From the NCBI RefSeq assembly GCF_016433145.1, contig NC_058133.1, positions 372,743,166-372,807,165 of the forward strand: 64,000 bases of DNA. The letters run 5' to 3'. The notes below the pieces were generated by a model. That model did no database searches. It worked only from the letters and a program-made list of their open reading frames with translations, and was not told the DNA's origin. Origin of the DNA: Gracilinanus agilis (lineage: Eukaryota). Within the stretch, counting starts at the first letter, position 1. Each line of letters starts with the position of its first letter. Positions 47,111-59,068 of the stretch are shown here, piece after piece. Made by a program: the position numbers and the translations under genes.

Positions 47111-49976
47111 AAAATCATATTTTTACATCACTCTTTTTCTTAACATAGCCCTTCCTCTCCCTTACTCAGTAAACTATCTCTTAAATTTAAAATTTAATGA
47201 TTTAAAGCATTTAAAAACACAAAAAATCAAGCAGTTTAAAAGCTTCATCTTTTGTAATAAATAAAAATGTCTTTTACTTGGTGAGAAGACACCTGATTTT
47301 AAAAAAAAGTTTCTCTTTTTTAAACCCCTTCTTCAAAGCTCATCTGTTTTAGCCCATCTGTCAATAGATATATGGTGAAAACAAAAGTTCATTTTTAAGT
47401 TACTTGTTTGTAACTCAGCACATTCACCCATAGAAACCATATCATAGAGGGTTATTAGGTTCCCAGGAGAGCTCACAAAAGCTTATTTAAGCCAAAATGT
47501 ACAGACCTACAGTCACAGGGAAGGCCCTGACCTTGGGGAAAGGATATAATCCTTTCCCACCAGTTATCTCCTCTCCTCCCACATAGGCACCTGAGCTTTA
47601 GTCCAAGGAGAAGGGGGAGAAGTCTCACCTTTCCTTTCACACAGAGCTCATTCTCAACTTATCTCCTATGAGAGTTGTCACTGGTGCTAGAAGTTAACAT
47701 TATTATAATGTTGTTTCTAGGTGTTTGGTTCCACTCAAACATGCCAGGAATGTATATCTTCTCTCTTGCTAAAGTCACAGTAAGGAAATCAGGGATTCTC
47801 TTTCCCCCTGGGGGATGGGGCCTCAGTGGCAGAAGGGGAGAAGGAATCTGCAGCAGTTAGATGGAGTAGACAGGAAGGTCTAGTCTGTGACAAAGAGGTC
47901 AAGCCCAGTTGGGCCAGATGTTTATGTGTAAAGTACATTCTCTGAATCAGACATTTGTAGTTTGGGATAACTGGCACACATTTGGGGAGTTTTTCATTTT
48001 GAAAAGAAACCTAGGGAGAATTCTTTTTGTAAGTTAAGAATACTCTGGTAACATGAATAATTACCTTCTAATAAATACTTGTTGACTTGACTTATAAGTT
48101 TCCCAGGATCACACAATTAATGAGTTTCTGCATGGGGATTTGACTCATCTTCCTAACTCCAAGTGCAACATTTCTATCCTTTTTGACATAGCCAAATATT
48201 TGGTTTTGTTTTAAGATAGAAATTACCCTTGATTTAAAGTAAGGCATTGTTTTATAGAAATGAACACATTCTAAAAGTTATAGAGCAACCAAAGAGATAA
48301 AAAAAATTTCCTGAAGAGTGTGCAAAACAGTCATGTTAAGAAATCACATAAATTCTATTAGTTTTGTAAGGTAACTTGAACAACAGTTCAATCCTATCAG
48401 GCATCTACTCTCTCATATCACAACTCTTTATAAGAGACAGTCAGCATTAAAAATCCCAAAGAGGATGGTGAAGAGGAATTTATACCATATTGAAATGTAC
48501 ATTAATAAATGTTCTTTAAAGCCACAGTTGAGGGAACTATCTAGAAAGACTGATGAAGAGAGATGAGATGTATCATTCTCATGGCAACTGATATTTGGAG
48601 AACAATCACTATTTATAGTTAAAAGAGAAAAATCCATGACAGGTCCCCATGTAGATTTCTCCAATTTTGAAGAAGTGGGATTGAGAGCTCTGACTGCTTG
48701 TAATAATAATAAAGGATTTTATTTAATAGCCAGAGATTGAACATGGGAGGATCTCTTTTTCTTTATTTGGATGTTTGTCAACTACAAACACCAAAGACCA
48801 TTCATAGTTTAGTAATTTAAAGTTGTTACTAAATACAGAGCAAGAACCAATACCATTTATAACTCTGCCCCAAAGCAAGTTTATATTCTTGGCCCCACAA
48901 CTTTTAACTCTTCTTTCCCATTATCCTTAGAAGCTCAGTGCCCTCATTGCTTCCTTTTGGATACTTAGGGTCCATAAAACAGCAATTGTGCTGGGCTTAA
49001 TATGCCAGTACTCCACACATAAGACCTTTGGCACTTCTAGTCAAGATGTAACAGTTCTGTTTCCTTGTGGCTTTTCTCTCTGCTAATGGCACAATGGAAG
49101 CTAGTAAATTAGTGTGTTCCTTACCATATATATGTGTATGTGTATATGTATGTGTGTATAAGCATAAACTCTTGTCCATAATTATTTTGTCTTTTTTAAT
49201 TAAAACATTTTTATTTTATTTTATTTTCATGTTCACATTCTCTACTTTCTACATCATCTTCTATTTGAGAAAGTGGGAAAAACAAAGCCTATTACGAATG
49301 TGTTGTCAAGCAAAATAGATTCCTGCATTATTGTTCATAAGAGATGATCAATAAATATTTGGTGACTGATCTATAGGGTCCTTAAATAAGACCTCTGTCT
49401 ACTTCCATGAAGAGAGTTGATCATTGTCACGTCTTCATCTTTTTGTTCTTGAATGAATCTTAAATTGGAAAAAAAATATAGCATTTTTAGAAGTATCAGT
49501 AAATTTTTTGGCAAAACTAGCCTGATTTTTCAAGATAGATCACTTTTCCATGTATATATAACCTGCATCTATGGCTAAGCTTGATCTGTAGTTAACACAC
49601 ACATTACTTTTGTGAAAGCCTTGATGAACCAGCAAAAGTGTCAAGAGAGACAAAGAAATTATGAGGTGTCATAGTCCTTTGTCTTCTAGTTGAAGAGTAT
49701 TGGTCAGCCATAGCTCAAGGTGAATGGAAAGATGGTGTCATTTGTAGTAGCTCTCTGAAGTGAGATCATGATGTATTTAATTTAAGTTTTTCCCTTTTCA
49801 ATCTCCCTGGGCTAGTTTGTCCTGTTCTTGCCTTACTTCATGCCTACTGGAATAAAAGATTGAATTTAGTTCTATTCTGAAGCTACTATTACTTCCTATT
49901 TTCAGCTAGTAGGTGCAAATGACTACCTTAGAATGACATATTTAAATCATGACAAAATGTAATATTCTTATTTTTT

Positions 49977-50205
49977 ATTTTTTATTTTTTTTATTTAACC
50001 CTTACCTTCTATCTTAGAGTCTTGGAACTCTGTGTATTGGTTCTGTGTATTGGTTCCAAGGCAGAAGAGTGGTAAGGGTAGGCAATGGGGGTCAAGTGAC
50101 TTGCCCAGGGTCACACACCTGGGAAGTGTCTGAAGCCAGACTTAAACCTAGGACCTCCCATCTCTAGGCCTGGCTCTCAATCCACTGAGCTACCCAGCTG
50201 CCCCC
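49977..50205 (-). mobile_element. SINE1_Mdo-like SINE (younger copy of a dimer)
   Basis: 'aacccttaccttct.tcttagag...ttccaaggcagaagagtggtaagggtaggcaatgggggtcaagtgacttgcccagggtcacac..ctgggaagtgtctga...cagctgcccc', with 14-bp TSD tattcttatttttt at 49963-49976 and 50206-50219. Confidence 0.9.
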
Positions 50206-50400
50206 TATTCTTATTTTTTTTTTTAACCCTTACCTTATGTCTTTTAGTTCTAAGGCAGAAGAGTGGTAAGGGCTAGGCAATGGGGGTTAAGTGACTTGCC
50301 CAGGGTCACACAGCTAGGAAGTGTCTGAGGCCAGATTTGAACCCAGGACCTCCTGTCTCTGGTCTTGGCTCTCAATCCACTAAGCCACCCAGCTGCCCCC
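50206..50400 (-). mobile_element. SINE1_Mdo-like SINE (host copy of the dimer)
   Basis: Same family signature as the adjacent copy, with its head ending 'cagctgccccc' at 50400. Confidence 0.9.
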
Positions 50401-50885
50401 TCAAATGAATTTTTAATGATTTTTTCCAGAACTAAAAGACCAATTTTGATTACAACATATAGGATTCTTATATGAAACTACTCTATCATGGGGGGTTAAT
50501 CTAGTGGGACAATCCCTTGTTCAAGTTTTTCAATTCCAAGTTTTATGTGAGGATTTAATTCAAAAGCATGTTTTTATGATGACATAGTTAAAGTCTAATA
50601 GGAGTCTTGGATAAACCCCAAATGAATTAATTTCTCTAAACTTGAATTTTTATTAGCTTGAAGATAGGTTTAATTTTCAAATTATTTGTATGCTTCCAGT
50701 AGAAAAAAGGAAATGGTCAAATGGTGCTGATGAAGTGATTTTCTTTGACATGTTGAAAAAGTGGCCCACCTTCCTTGCTATCATCATCATCATGTTAAAT
50801 ATGTTAATATGTTCACATAATCACTACTATGACGTCATGGAACTGAGAATCTAGGAATATCCAGGAATAATGGGTTGCCCTAGAT

Positions 50886-51088
50886 TTATGGTGGTGAACC
50901 TATGGCACATGTGCCATTGGGGGTCACTCAGAGCCCTCTCTATGGGGCACATGTGCTGTTGCCCCGTACATAGTTCACTAGACTTAAGCCAGAGGGAAGT
51001 GGGGGCCAAGCTTCTCCCCTCTCCCTCTCCATGGGCACCTGAGGACATTTTTTGCCTACTCCTCTAAAAGATTTGCCCTAGACCACTG
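50886..51088 (+). mobile_element. OposCharlie-like hAT MITE
   Basis: '..tggtggtgaacctatggcacatgtgcca..gg.cactcagagccctctct', ending ccactg, with 8-bp TSD ccctagat/ccctagac. Confidence 0.8.
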
Positions 51089-51469
51089 CCCTAGACCATT
51101 GGTTCATCTCTCAATCTCACCATTAACTCAGGAAAAAAAACAACCTGGGTGGATATGGCCTGACAAAGCTTTAGAAGGTGCAATAGCAATAGCTACTGAA
51201 AGTAGAAAAAAGAAAGTTCTTGCCACCGCCTTGGAACTTTTAAATGATGCATCATCAGAAACAGATATGATTTCATCAGTGGAAAGGATGAAGAGATGTC
51301 TTATTATCTATTTGCCTCTGTACCTTATGGACTGTGGGGCCTAATTTGCATCTGGTCTATAGCCAGAACTCTCTATATACCTTGTCTCTGCCATTAGAAA
51401 ATGAACTCCTTGACACAAGGGACTGTCTTGCTTTTATATCTGTACTGCAAGTAGTACATGCTTAATAAG

Positions 51470-51625
51470 TTTTTTCTTCCTTTCTTTCTCCCTCCCTCCT
51501 TTCATTCCTTCCTTCCTTCCTTCCTTCCCTTCCTTCCCTCTTTCCTTCTTTTCTTCCCCCACTCGTCTCTTTTTTCCCATCGCTCTATCTTCTTCTCTCT
51601 CTCTCATTTGTTTCTTTCATATACT
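51470..51625. repeat. (TTCC)n / CT-rich low-complexity tract
   Basis: 'ttccttccttccttccttcccttcc' and flanking pyrimidine tract. Confidence 0.9.
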
Positions 51626-52319
51626 TTTCTTCTTCACCATAAAATGTCATTTACTAGAGCATGCTTAGCAACGTACTTTAGATGAATAAGCATGCCAATT
51701 CCATCACGAGCTGTCATTAAGATGTTAGTGCAGTGTATATCAACCCCGTGGAAAGTTATGAAGCAACAATGTCATGGTCTGTCAGGTTGGATGATTTAGT
51801 TTCCAAACCCAGGATAAGTAGAGCAGTTTCCTATCAGGAGTTTCTGTGAATTTAAACCCTTTTATCTGATTGAACATTATGAGCAGGAGTTTCCATGAGC
51901 ATACTGGAGCCACTTCTGAAACTTTTATCTCTCCCCTTTATTCAAAGTCATTTTCCAGTATATCAAAAAGCACCTATCCACAGGGACATTAAATTTTTCT
52001 AATATTTATTTTCCTTAAAAAATGAAAAACACATGTAAATTCTTGTTTATAATGATAATTGAATTCAAGGGATAGAAGGTAAATACAATAGCATCTTTTA
52101 TTGAACCAACAGTGAACCCATCCATTCAGGATACTATACGTATCCCAGAAGCAAATGAAAAATGACTATGAAAATCTGAAATAATTATTATAAAGTATTG
52201 GCATTAAAGGAATATACTTTATTCACCAAGTTATTAAAGATATACGTGTCTGAACAAGCTTGCATGTGTTTTCCTAACCCCTAGCAAATTTTTATAATAA
52301 TAAAAGATGCTTATGCAAG

Positions 52320-52775
52320 AATAAGTATAGCTAGCCTTTATATAGTTCTCCAGGAGGTCTCAAATGTATTACATACATTATATGTTTATTCCTCATAATA
52401 ATATTGTAAGGTAGGTATTGCAGGTATTTTTATCTCTACTTTACAGATGAAAAGAATGAGACTATTGAAGGTTACATGAAAGGCAAGTTCTTTGGAAATA
52501 GCATTTGAAACCATCCTTCCTCACTCCAAGTCCAGTTTACCTACGACATACTACAAAATGAAATGTAGACCAACACAGTATGGTGAATAGAGCCTTGAAC
52601 CTGGAATCAGGAAGGTATGTGTTCATACTTTATTTAAGATACAATATCTGTGTGAATCAGGACTTACATAGTTGTTACTTAACTGCTATGGGCTTCAGTT
52701 TCTTCATCTGTAGGAGGATGGGGGTGAACTCAATATTAAAGGGTCCTAATGTCTCTAAATCCATGATTCTGTGAA
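52320..52775. mobile_element. Two MIR SINEs head to head (52320-52560 minus, 52570-52775 plus)
   Basis: MIR cores 'ttttacagatgaaaag' and 'cttcagtttcttcatctgta'. Confidence 0.7.
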
Positions 52776-52874
52776 CTAAACTAGCTGTGTTAACTTTATC
52801 ATCTCCTATGTGGTATAATCAGAACTTTTATATTCATGATATAGGACTTTCAGTTTTCAAGAAAATATATTTCA

Positions 52875-53115
52875 TTTTGTTGTTCAGTTGTTTCAGTAAT
52901 ATCTGTCTCTTCATGACCCAATTTGCGGTTTTCTTAGAAAAGATGTTGGAGAGGTTTGCCATTTCCTTCTCCAGATCATATTACAGATGAGGAAACTGAT
53001 GCCAACAGGGTAGGTAGGTGACTTGCCCAGGGTCAAAGAGCTAGGCTCTGAAGCTGGATTTGAACTCAAGTCTGCCTGATTCTAGGCTCAGGACTCTACC
53101 CACTGTGCCCCATTT
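52875..53115 (-). mobile_element. Mar1-type SINE
   Basis: 'ttgttcagttgtttcagt...ttcatgaccc.atttg.ggttttctt...ggtttgccatttccttctccag...acagatgaggaaactga...gtgacttgcccagggtca'. Confidence 0.9.
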
Positions 53116-53489
53116 TATGTTTAGGAAACCTAATTTGAAAAGAAAGTACATTAAAAATTTTATAGAATTATATTTGGAAAAGATTTTAGAGGTCATATAG
53201 TCTAATTCCTGCTTAAAATGTGCAACTCTTTTATTCTGGGTCCTTTCCACCTAAAGAGAATCATACACGTATTGTAATGGCCAAAGGGGAATGTTTACCT
53301 TTTTATGATTAAAGGACAAAAATATGCCTATGGGTAGGCATGCCCTCCTCATCCTCTACTCCCACTCCCTTGTCACATTCAGGAATCTAGAATTTGATTT
53401 TACCTTTGCTCATTACTTTAAAAGAGCACATGATTTTCCTGGCTAAGCCCCATCCATTTTTAGTCTATCTCTGGGTTCTAGATAATCAC

Positions 53490-53705
53490 AACAATGATGT
53501 TTGCAAAGCACTTTTACAAATATTAATTCATTTTATCTTCACAACAACTCTCAGAGATAAGGGCTATTGTTGATATTCTTGTTTTAGTGAGGCAGATGAC
53601 AGTTAAATGACTTGCCCAGAATCACATAATTAATAATTGTCCTAGGCAGGATTTGAACTCAGACCTTCCTGACTCCAGCCCTATCTACTGTGCCATGACA
53701 TCCCT
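53490..53705 (-). mobile_element. MIR SINE
   Basis: 'tttgcaaagcactttta...gacttgcccagaatcac...ggatttgaactcag.ccttcctgactccag'. Confidence 0.8.
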
Positions 53706-54729
53706 AGCACTATAGTAGTCCATTAAAAAGGCTGGAGAGATTGATGCTTGATGTCGTGGAAGGACTTGGAATTCTAAACAGATGTGTATATGTAAAAATC
53801 TGAACTATACTGAATGGTTAACATTAAAAATTATGTTTATATTAAGGGAAGAGCTACTGTAGTACCTCTCTTTCATACATCATATAAGTGATACATAAGA
53901 GCACATGAAATGCTAGTTTTTGTAGTCAACCACTCCTTACCTAGCAGGATCATGCAAAGGATTGTAGATGACTACATCATAACATTTGTTATTTGATGAA
54001 AGACAAAAACCTTTGAAGACAATATGACAGTGAAAAAAGTATTGGCTTAGGAATCGAAACACTTGGCTCTGTCATTAATTACTGTGTGATTATGTGCAAA
54101 ATTATGCATCTCTCAGAACTTCTTCACATTGTGTAAAATGAACATTTGCTAATAATATTTTCTAATGATAAATATGATTTTCCTATTTTCTAATTATCAT
54201 TAGAAAATTGTTGTGTCTTTGACTCTGCCCCTAACTAGGATTCTGGGCAAGTTAATTCAGTTCTCTGAGTTTTAATTTTAATCTATAAAGTGAGGAGATA
54301 GGATCAACTCATTTCTAAGGTACTTTCTAGTTTCAAAAAATTGATGATTTTGTGATCTGAACATATTCATCACGGCTGACAAGCTGTTGATTGCACTGGT
54401 GAGTCATAGGGACATGGATCTTTAGCCCACATCTCTAGGATTTTCAGATGCCAACCTTGCCTGCTGCTAAGTGGATGCTTCAGCATTATGCTTGATGTTC
54501 CAAGCTTCTCTAGGAGGCCCTTGAGTGTTACTCATTCAACTAAGCTTCCACTTGAAAAAGAAAGAAGAGAAAAAAGAAAACACATACCCCAATGAATCTG
54601 AGCTTTCATTGATCGACTTTTCATTCCAAAACTGCACATTGAAACATATTCATGCCTGCCAATCCTGTTCTGTTCTCATCCATGCCTTCCAAGTGCTTGC
54701 TGGAGGGAGTTTATCCTAAATAAAGACTT

Positions 54730-55140
54730 ATTTTCAGTTTTCACATTTTCTTTTTTTTCCCTTAAAGATTTCATTGATATTTTTGTGTAATATTACCTGT
54801 ATTTCACAACGTGTTTCTCCTGCTTTGTGACACTCAGAAGAAAGAATAAAAAAAAAGCAGCAAAACAAAACCAAATTCATTAAAATTAACCAATATATCC
54901 CTCTAGAACCTGATATTATATGCATTGTTACACATTTATTGTTTGTCACCTCTGCAAAGAGACAGGAGAATAAGCTTTCTCATATCTTGTTTTGGGCCAA
55001 GCTTAGTCATTAGAATTGCACAGAATTCATTTTTCATTGTTTAATTGTTATTATTATTCTTTCCATTTACACTGTTGTACTCACTGTGCATACTGTTTTT
55101 CTGCATAAGCTTATTTCATCTTCTATCAGTTCATATAATT
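54730..55140 (-). mobile_element. Old L1 3' UTR fragment
   Basis: 'ctttccatttacactgttgta...ctgttttt.ctg....cttatttcatc.tctatcagttcatata' and 'ggccaagcttagtcatt'. Confidence 0.7.
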
Positions 55141-55284
55141 CCAAGGAATGAAAACTGCAAATAAATCCTCATTCAGAGACTTTTATCATGGCCCAGTTGG
55201 CAGATGTGACTCTTAGCCATTATGATGATTATTCACTAGGTGTGAAGAACTTCCAGTAACCTGAGAGAGGGTTTAGCATGTCTC

Positions 55285-55308
55285 AAAACAAAACAAAACA
55301 AAACAAAA
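55285..55308. repeat. (CAAAA)n short repeat
   Basis: 'caaaacaaaacaaaacaaaacaaaa'. Confidence 0.9.
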
Positions 55309-56099
55309 TACTCCAGCTTTTTCTTGCAGATAAAGTTTGAAAGACTCAGCTTTGCTCAATGAGACTGGCAAAGAGTTGGGAATCAAATCTAACTTAGGCA
55401 GCACTTACTTCTGTGTAAATAGAAGTGACATCCATCTACCATGGTGTGTGGGTGTGTGGCCACTTGAGAAAGTTGTTATCTTTTTAGTCAAACTTTCCTT
55501 TGTCAAAGCCTAGGAGAAGAAAAGTCTGAAAGTTATAGATAATAGACAGAAAGTTGCTTTCCCATGGCTCCTACTTAACAATAGGCAGTCAGTCTCCTCC
55601 TGCCCCTTGTTTTTTTTATGTAGAGATACAACCAAAGAAAAGTAAGAAAGTGATACTAGTACATGTCACTCATATGTCCACTCAGATATTAATTAATTAA
55701 TTCTTCAATCTTGGGACATAGGAGAATTATGGGTTTTCCCCAATAGTGTGAATAGTGAACTTCTAGGGTTTGTCTGTTTCTTACAAAATGATCAGCTTTA
55801 GAAGAACTAAATATTAACATCACATCTAAAACTTAGCTTCATAAATACTGCTGAAATTTTTGAAACCGGCCAGTTATTCTATATTGAAGGCCAAGAACCT
55901 TCAGAGGTATTTTGAAGTCTGTACTTTTAAAAGAAGGAAATGGTAAACTCAGTATCCCACAATCATCCAATCTTTTACCTTTTATCACAGATATTTCTCT
56001 TCTTCTTTTTTTTTTTTTTTTTGTTAAAAATCTATTAAATAATGCCATTTGAGTCCTTGCATTGCTTATTTACCTCGGTGGACTCCCAAGGCCTGAGGT

Positions 56100-56330
56100 A
56101 TGTTTTCCTCCCTCATTTTCTTTCCTCTGATCCTTCCTTCCCTTGTTGTGCTTTATATTCTTTGTTTCTCTGTTCCCTGTCTTACCTCCTTCTGCCTTCC
56201 TTATACCCTCCTTTCTAATTTTCTTTCTCCCTCTTTCTGTTGTTCTCTTTATATGTCTACTGTTTTCATCTCTATCCCCACTTTTTCCTCTGCTCATCCT
56301 TCTTTTTTTACTCTCATTTCTTTTTCATTA
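56100..56330. repeat. CT-rich low-complexity tract
   Basis: Pyrimidine-rich degenerate repeat that explains the spurious ORFs at 56070-56355. Confidence 0.75.
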
Positions 56331-56714
56331 CATGCATTCTAGAATCAAAAGATGAGAAAAGGAATGAGTGGCAATAAAGGAAAGGCTCACTGGTGGCAAA
56401 GGATCCACCAAAGGTAGTAAACAGGCTCAACTCTCATGTTTTTCATGAGCTTAATTGAGTTCTGAATGCTTGTCAGGAGCAAGAACTAACTGGGGATTCA
56501 GATGAGATGAGTTTTAATCGTAAGAGTATATATGATGTTAGGGTAAAAAGTATAAGTGACAGTGACACTGTAACCTGGTAGGTAGGGCCTGGATTCCATT
56601 AAGTATGCACAAAAGTGAACTAATACCCTAAAAATGCCAGAGTCAATTTTTACCTAATTCCTAACTTCAGAGTATTTTGTGGCTCATTGCCAAGTAGATA
56701 CACCAAGCCCATTG

Positions 56715-57065
56715 TATTTTTAAAAAGTATTTACATCAGTACAATTTTATATAATTTTTTCTAACATTTTGTGATTTATGCTCTTTCCCACCCTCCCAAT
56801 TCTTCCCTCTCCCCAAGATACCAGATGACATGATATAGGTTAAACTATCATACAATACATATTTCTATGTTCATCATGTTGTGAAAGAAGATACATATCA
56901 CTTACATTACTCATGGAGGAAATAAAATGAAGAATGAATGATATGCTTCAATCTGTGTTGAGAGTCTGTCAGTCCCTTCTTTGGTGTGGAACGGGGCTTC
57001 CTTGGAGTTATCCTGGATTCTTGCATTGTTGATAATAGTTAATTCATTCACAGGTAATCACCATA
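56715..57065 (-). mobile_element. L1 3' UTR fragment
   Basis: 'ttcatcatgttgtgaaagaaga...atgcttcaatctg...ggagttatcctggattcttgcattgttgataatag'. Confidence 0.75.
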
Positions 57066-57699
57066 CATCAAGCCTACTGTTTTGAGCAAATCACACATTC
57101 ATTCAACATTTTTCAGTAGCTCAAATACTCCTGATGTGTCTAATAATAATTCTGTCCATGAGTACCAAAGCTATTCAGTATTTGCTTCAAGCTAACTTAC
57201 ATATCTTAATTTTTGGTCACACTCATCAGCTTTTCTTTCTTCTTCTAATTTAGAGTCTCTGAGCAAACTTTTCCCATTTTTGAAATAGTTTTGTGGTCTA
57301 ATCCTAAATGCTAGCTCAGGAACCTCTTGTTACTTTTCTTAGATAAAGTAAGGGATATTTAAAATAATCAGTTAGACCATAAAAAGATATGTAAACATTA
57401 TAGAAAATGAATTTAACATATGAAATGATAGAAATAACAAGGGAGTGATACCCTTTTCTAATTAGGTAAACAAATGGAAATGATGGGATGTCCATCATTT
57501 TCAAATGGATGATGGCAAAGAACATTTCTAGGATGACAATATGGGAGAGTGGACAATGAAGAAACCATTCTTCAGCCCATTGATGCTTACTGAGAAAAAG
57601 CTGTCAAACAGTCTTCATCTTCTCAGTATACTTTTACTGGGCAGTAAGTAGCTGGATCAGAGAGCACATGGAGGACAGTAAAGAGTAAGAAGTCTGGAA

Positions 57700-58373
57700 A
57701 AATGGGTAGAGGAAAAGTTGTAAGAATTTAAATGCAAAATACAGGAATTTGTATTTGATTCTAGAATTTATTGAGTAGGAAGATCATTTTGGCAGCTTAA
57801 TGGAGGATGGTTTTGAGTGGGAAAGAGACTTAAGTGAGAAGATCAATCAGAAAACTATTAAATTAGTACAAGTATATAACAATTAAGGCTCCCACCAAGG
57901 TGGTGGCTTTGTGATTGTAGAGAAAGAGAAGTACAAAAGAGGTAAGATGAAGTTAAAAAGGATAAGACTTGATAACAGATTTGATATGTAGGATCACTGT
58001 GATTGAGGAATTGAGTATGAAATCAAGAATGCAAGTCTCAGTGACTAGAGTCATTTAGTGCCTTTAATCATAATAGAAAATTTGAAATGGAAAGATTTGG
58101 GGAGAAAGATGAATTCTATTTTGGGCATGTTGAATTTGATATTATACTGCATTTCGTGGTATAACTCAAAGCTCATATTAGATATTAGGGCTGGAAATAT
58201 AGGGGTCTGAGAATCATTTGTATAGAGATGAAAATTGAAACCACTGGAGCTGATGAGATCACCAAGAAAGACATTTCAGAGCAAGAAAAGAAGGTACAGA
58301 ATAGACATCTAGAAAACAATTACAATTAGTGGGCATAACCTGAATTAATTAGAAGAGGGTGATTAACAATATC
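57700..58373 (-). mobile_element. L2 fragment, host of the L1 insertion
   Basis: 'ggggagaaagatgaattctattttgggcatgttgaatttga...ctggagctgatgagatcaccaag' is the L2 antisense signature. Confidence 0.75.
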
Positions 58374-58395
58374 AAAAGATTCACACTTCCTGGTT

Positions 58396-58406
58396 AAGAT
58401 GGCGGC
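58396..58406 (+). promoter_or_regulatory. YY1-type motif at the L1 5' end
   Basis: AAGATGGCGGC matches the YY1 consensus, in the position where mammalian L1s carry a YY1 site. Confidence 0.7.
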
Positions 58407-59068
58407 AGAGTAAAAAGCAGCTGCTTAACCTCTCCTAACTGTAACATATAGGACTCCTCAAGAAGACATAAAAACAAATCCAGAGGCATGAAGGGACCCC
58501 ACAACAGGGCACAGCATTGGAGGTACTTGGAATCGGGGCATTTCCATGCTATAAAGGGGTGAAACAGCTCTCACTAAAACGCGAGCTGAGCAACCCCCTC
58601 CTCGACCCCACCCCACCTACAGTGCCAAAGCCAGCTCACAAGAGTTAGAGCAAGTTTGGGGCACGCATTAAGTCCTCGGCAGCTACCTGGGGTCACCAGG
58701 GCCTGCTCCTGAGAGCAGTAATACTTAAGACCCCAAGAGGTTAAAGAACGCATGGACTTTGAACATAAACCCTGAGCTCAGGCATGAGTGTGGGCATGGA
58801 TGCAAGTGCAGACACAGATCCGGAGAGCAGGCGAGGACTCGGATCTTGAGTGTAAGTGGGGATCTTGAGTGGGGACACAGTGCAGACGGGTATACAACTG
58901 TAGAAGTAGCACCCTGAGACGGTTAAAGGAGCTTCAGGCAGAGGAACAAGCAAGGGGACCACCAGGAGGTGGGACCCTGAGAACAACTAGACCTGAGACC
59001 TCAGGAGCCTAAAGAGCACAGAAAGACCCTGAGTGTGAGAATAAACCTGAGATGGCACAGGGCTAACA

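Noticed and set aside
47536-47558. Perfect 10-bp hairpin gggaaaggat-ata-atcctttccc
   Set aside because: Inverted repeats of this length are plausible by chance in 64 kb, and there is no ncRNA context.
51099-51344. 81-aa ORF next to the hAT MITE as a possible transposase remnant
   Set aside because: It lies outside the TSD and has no hAT or other recognisable motif.
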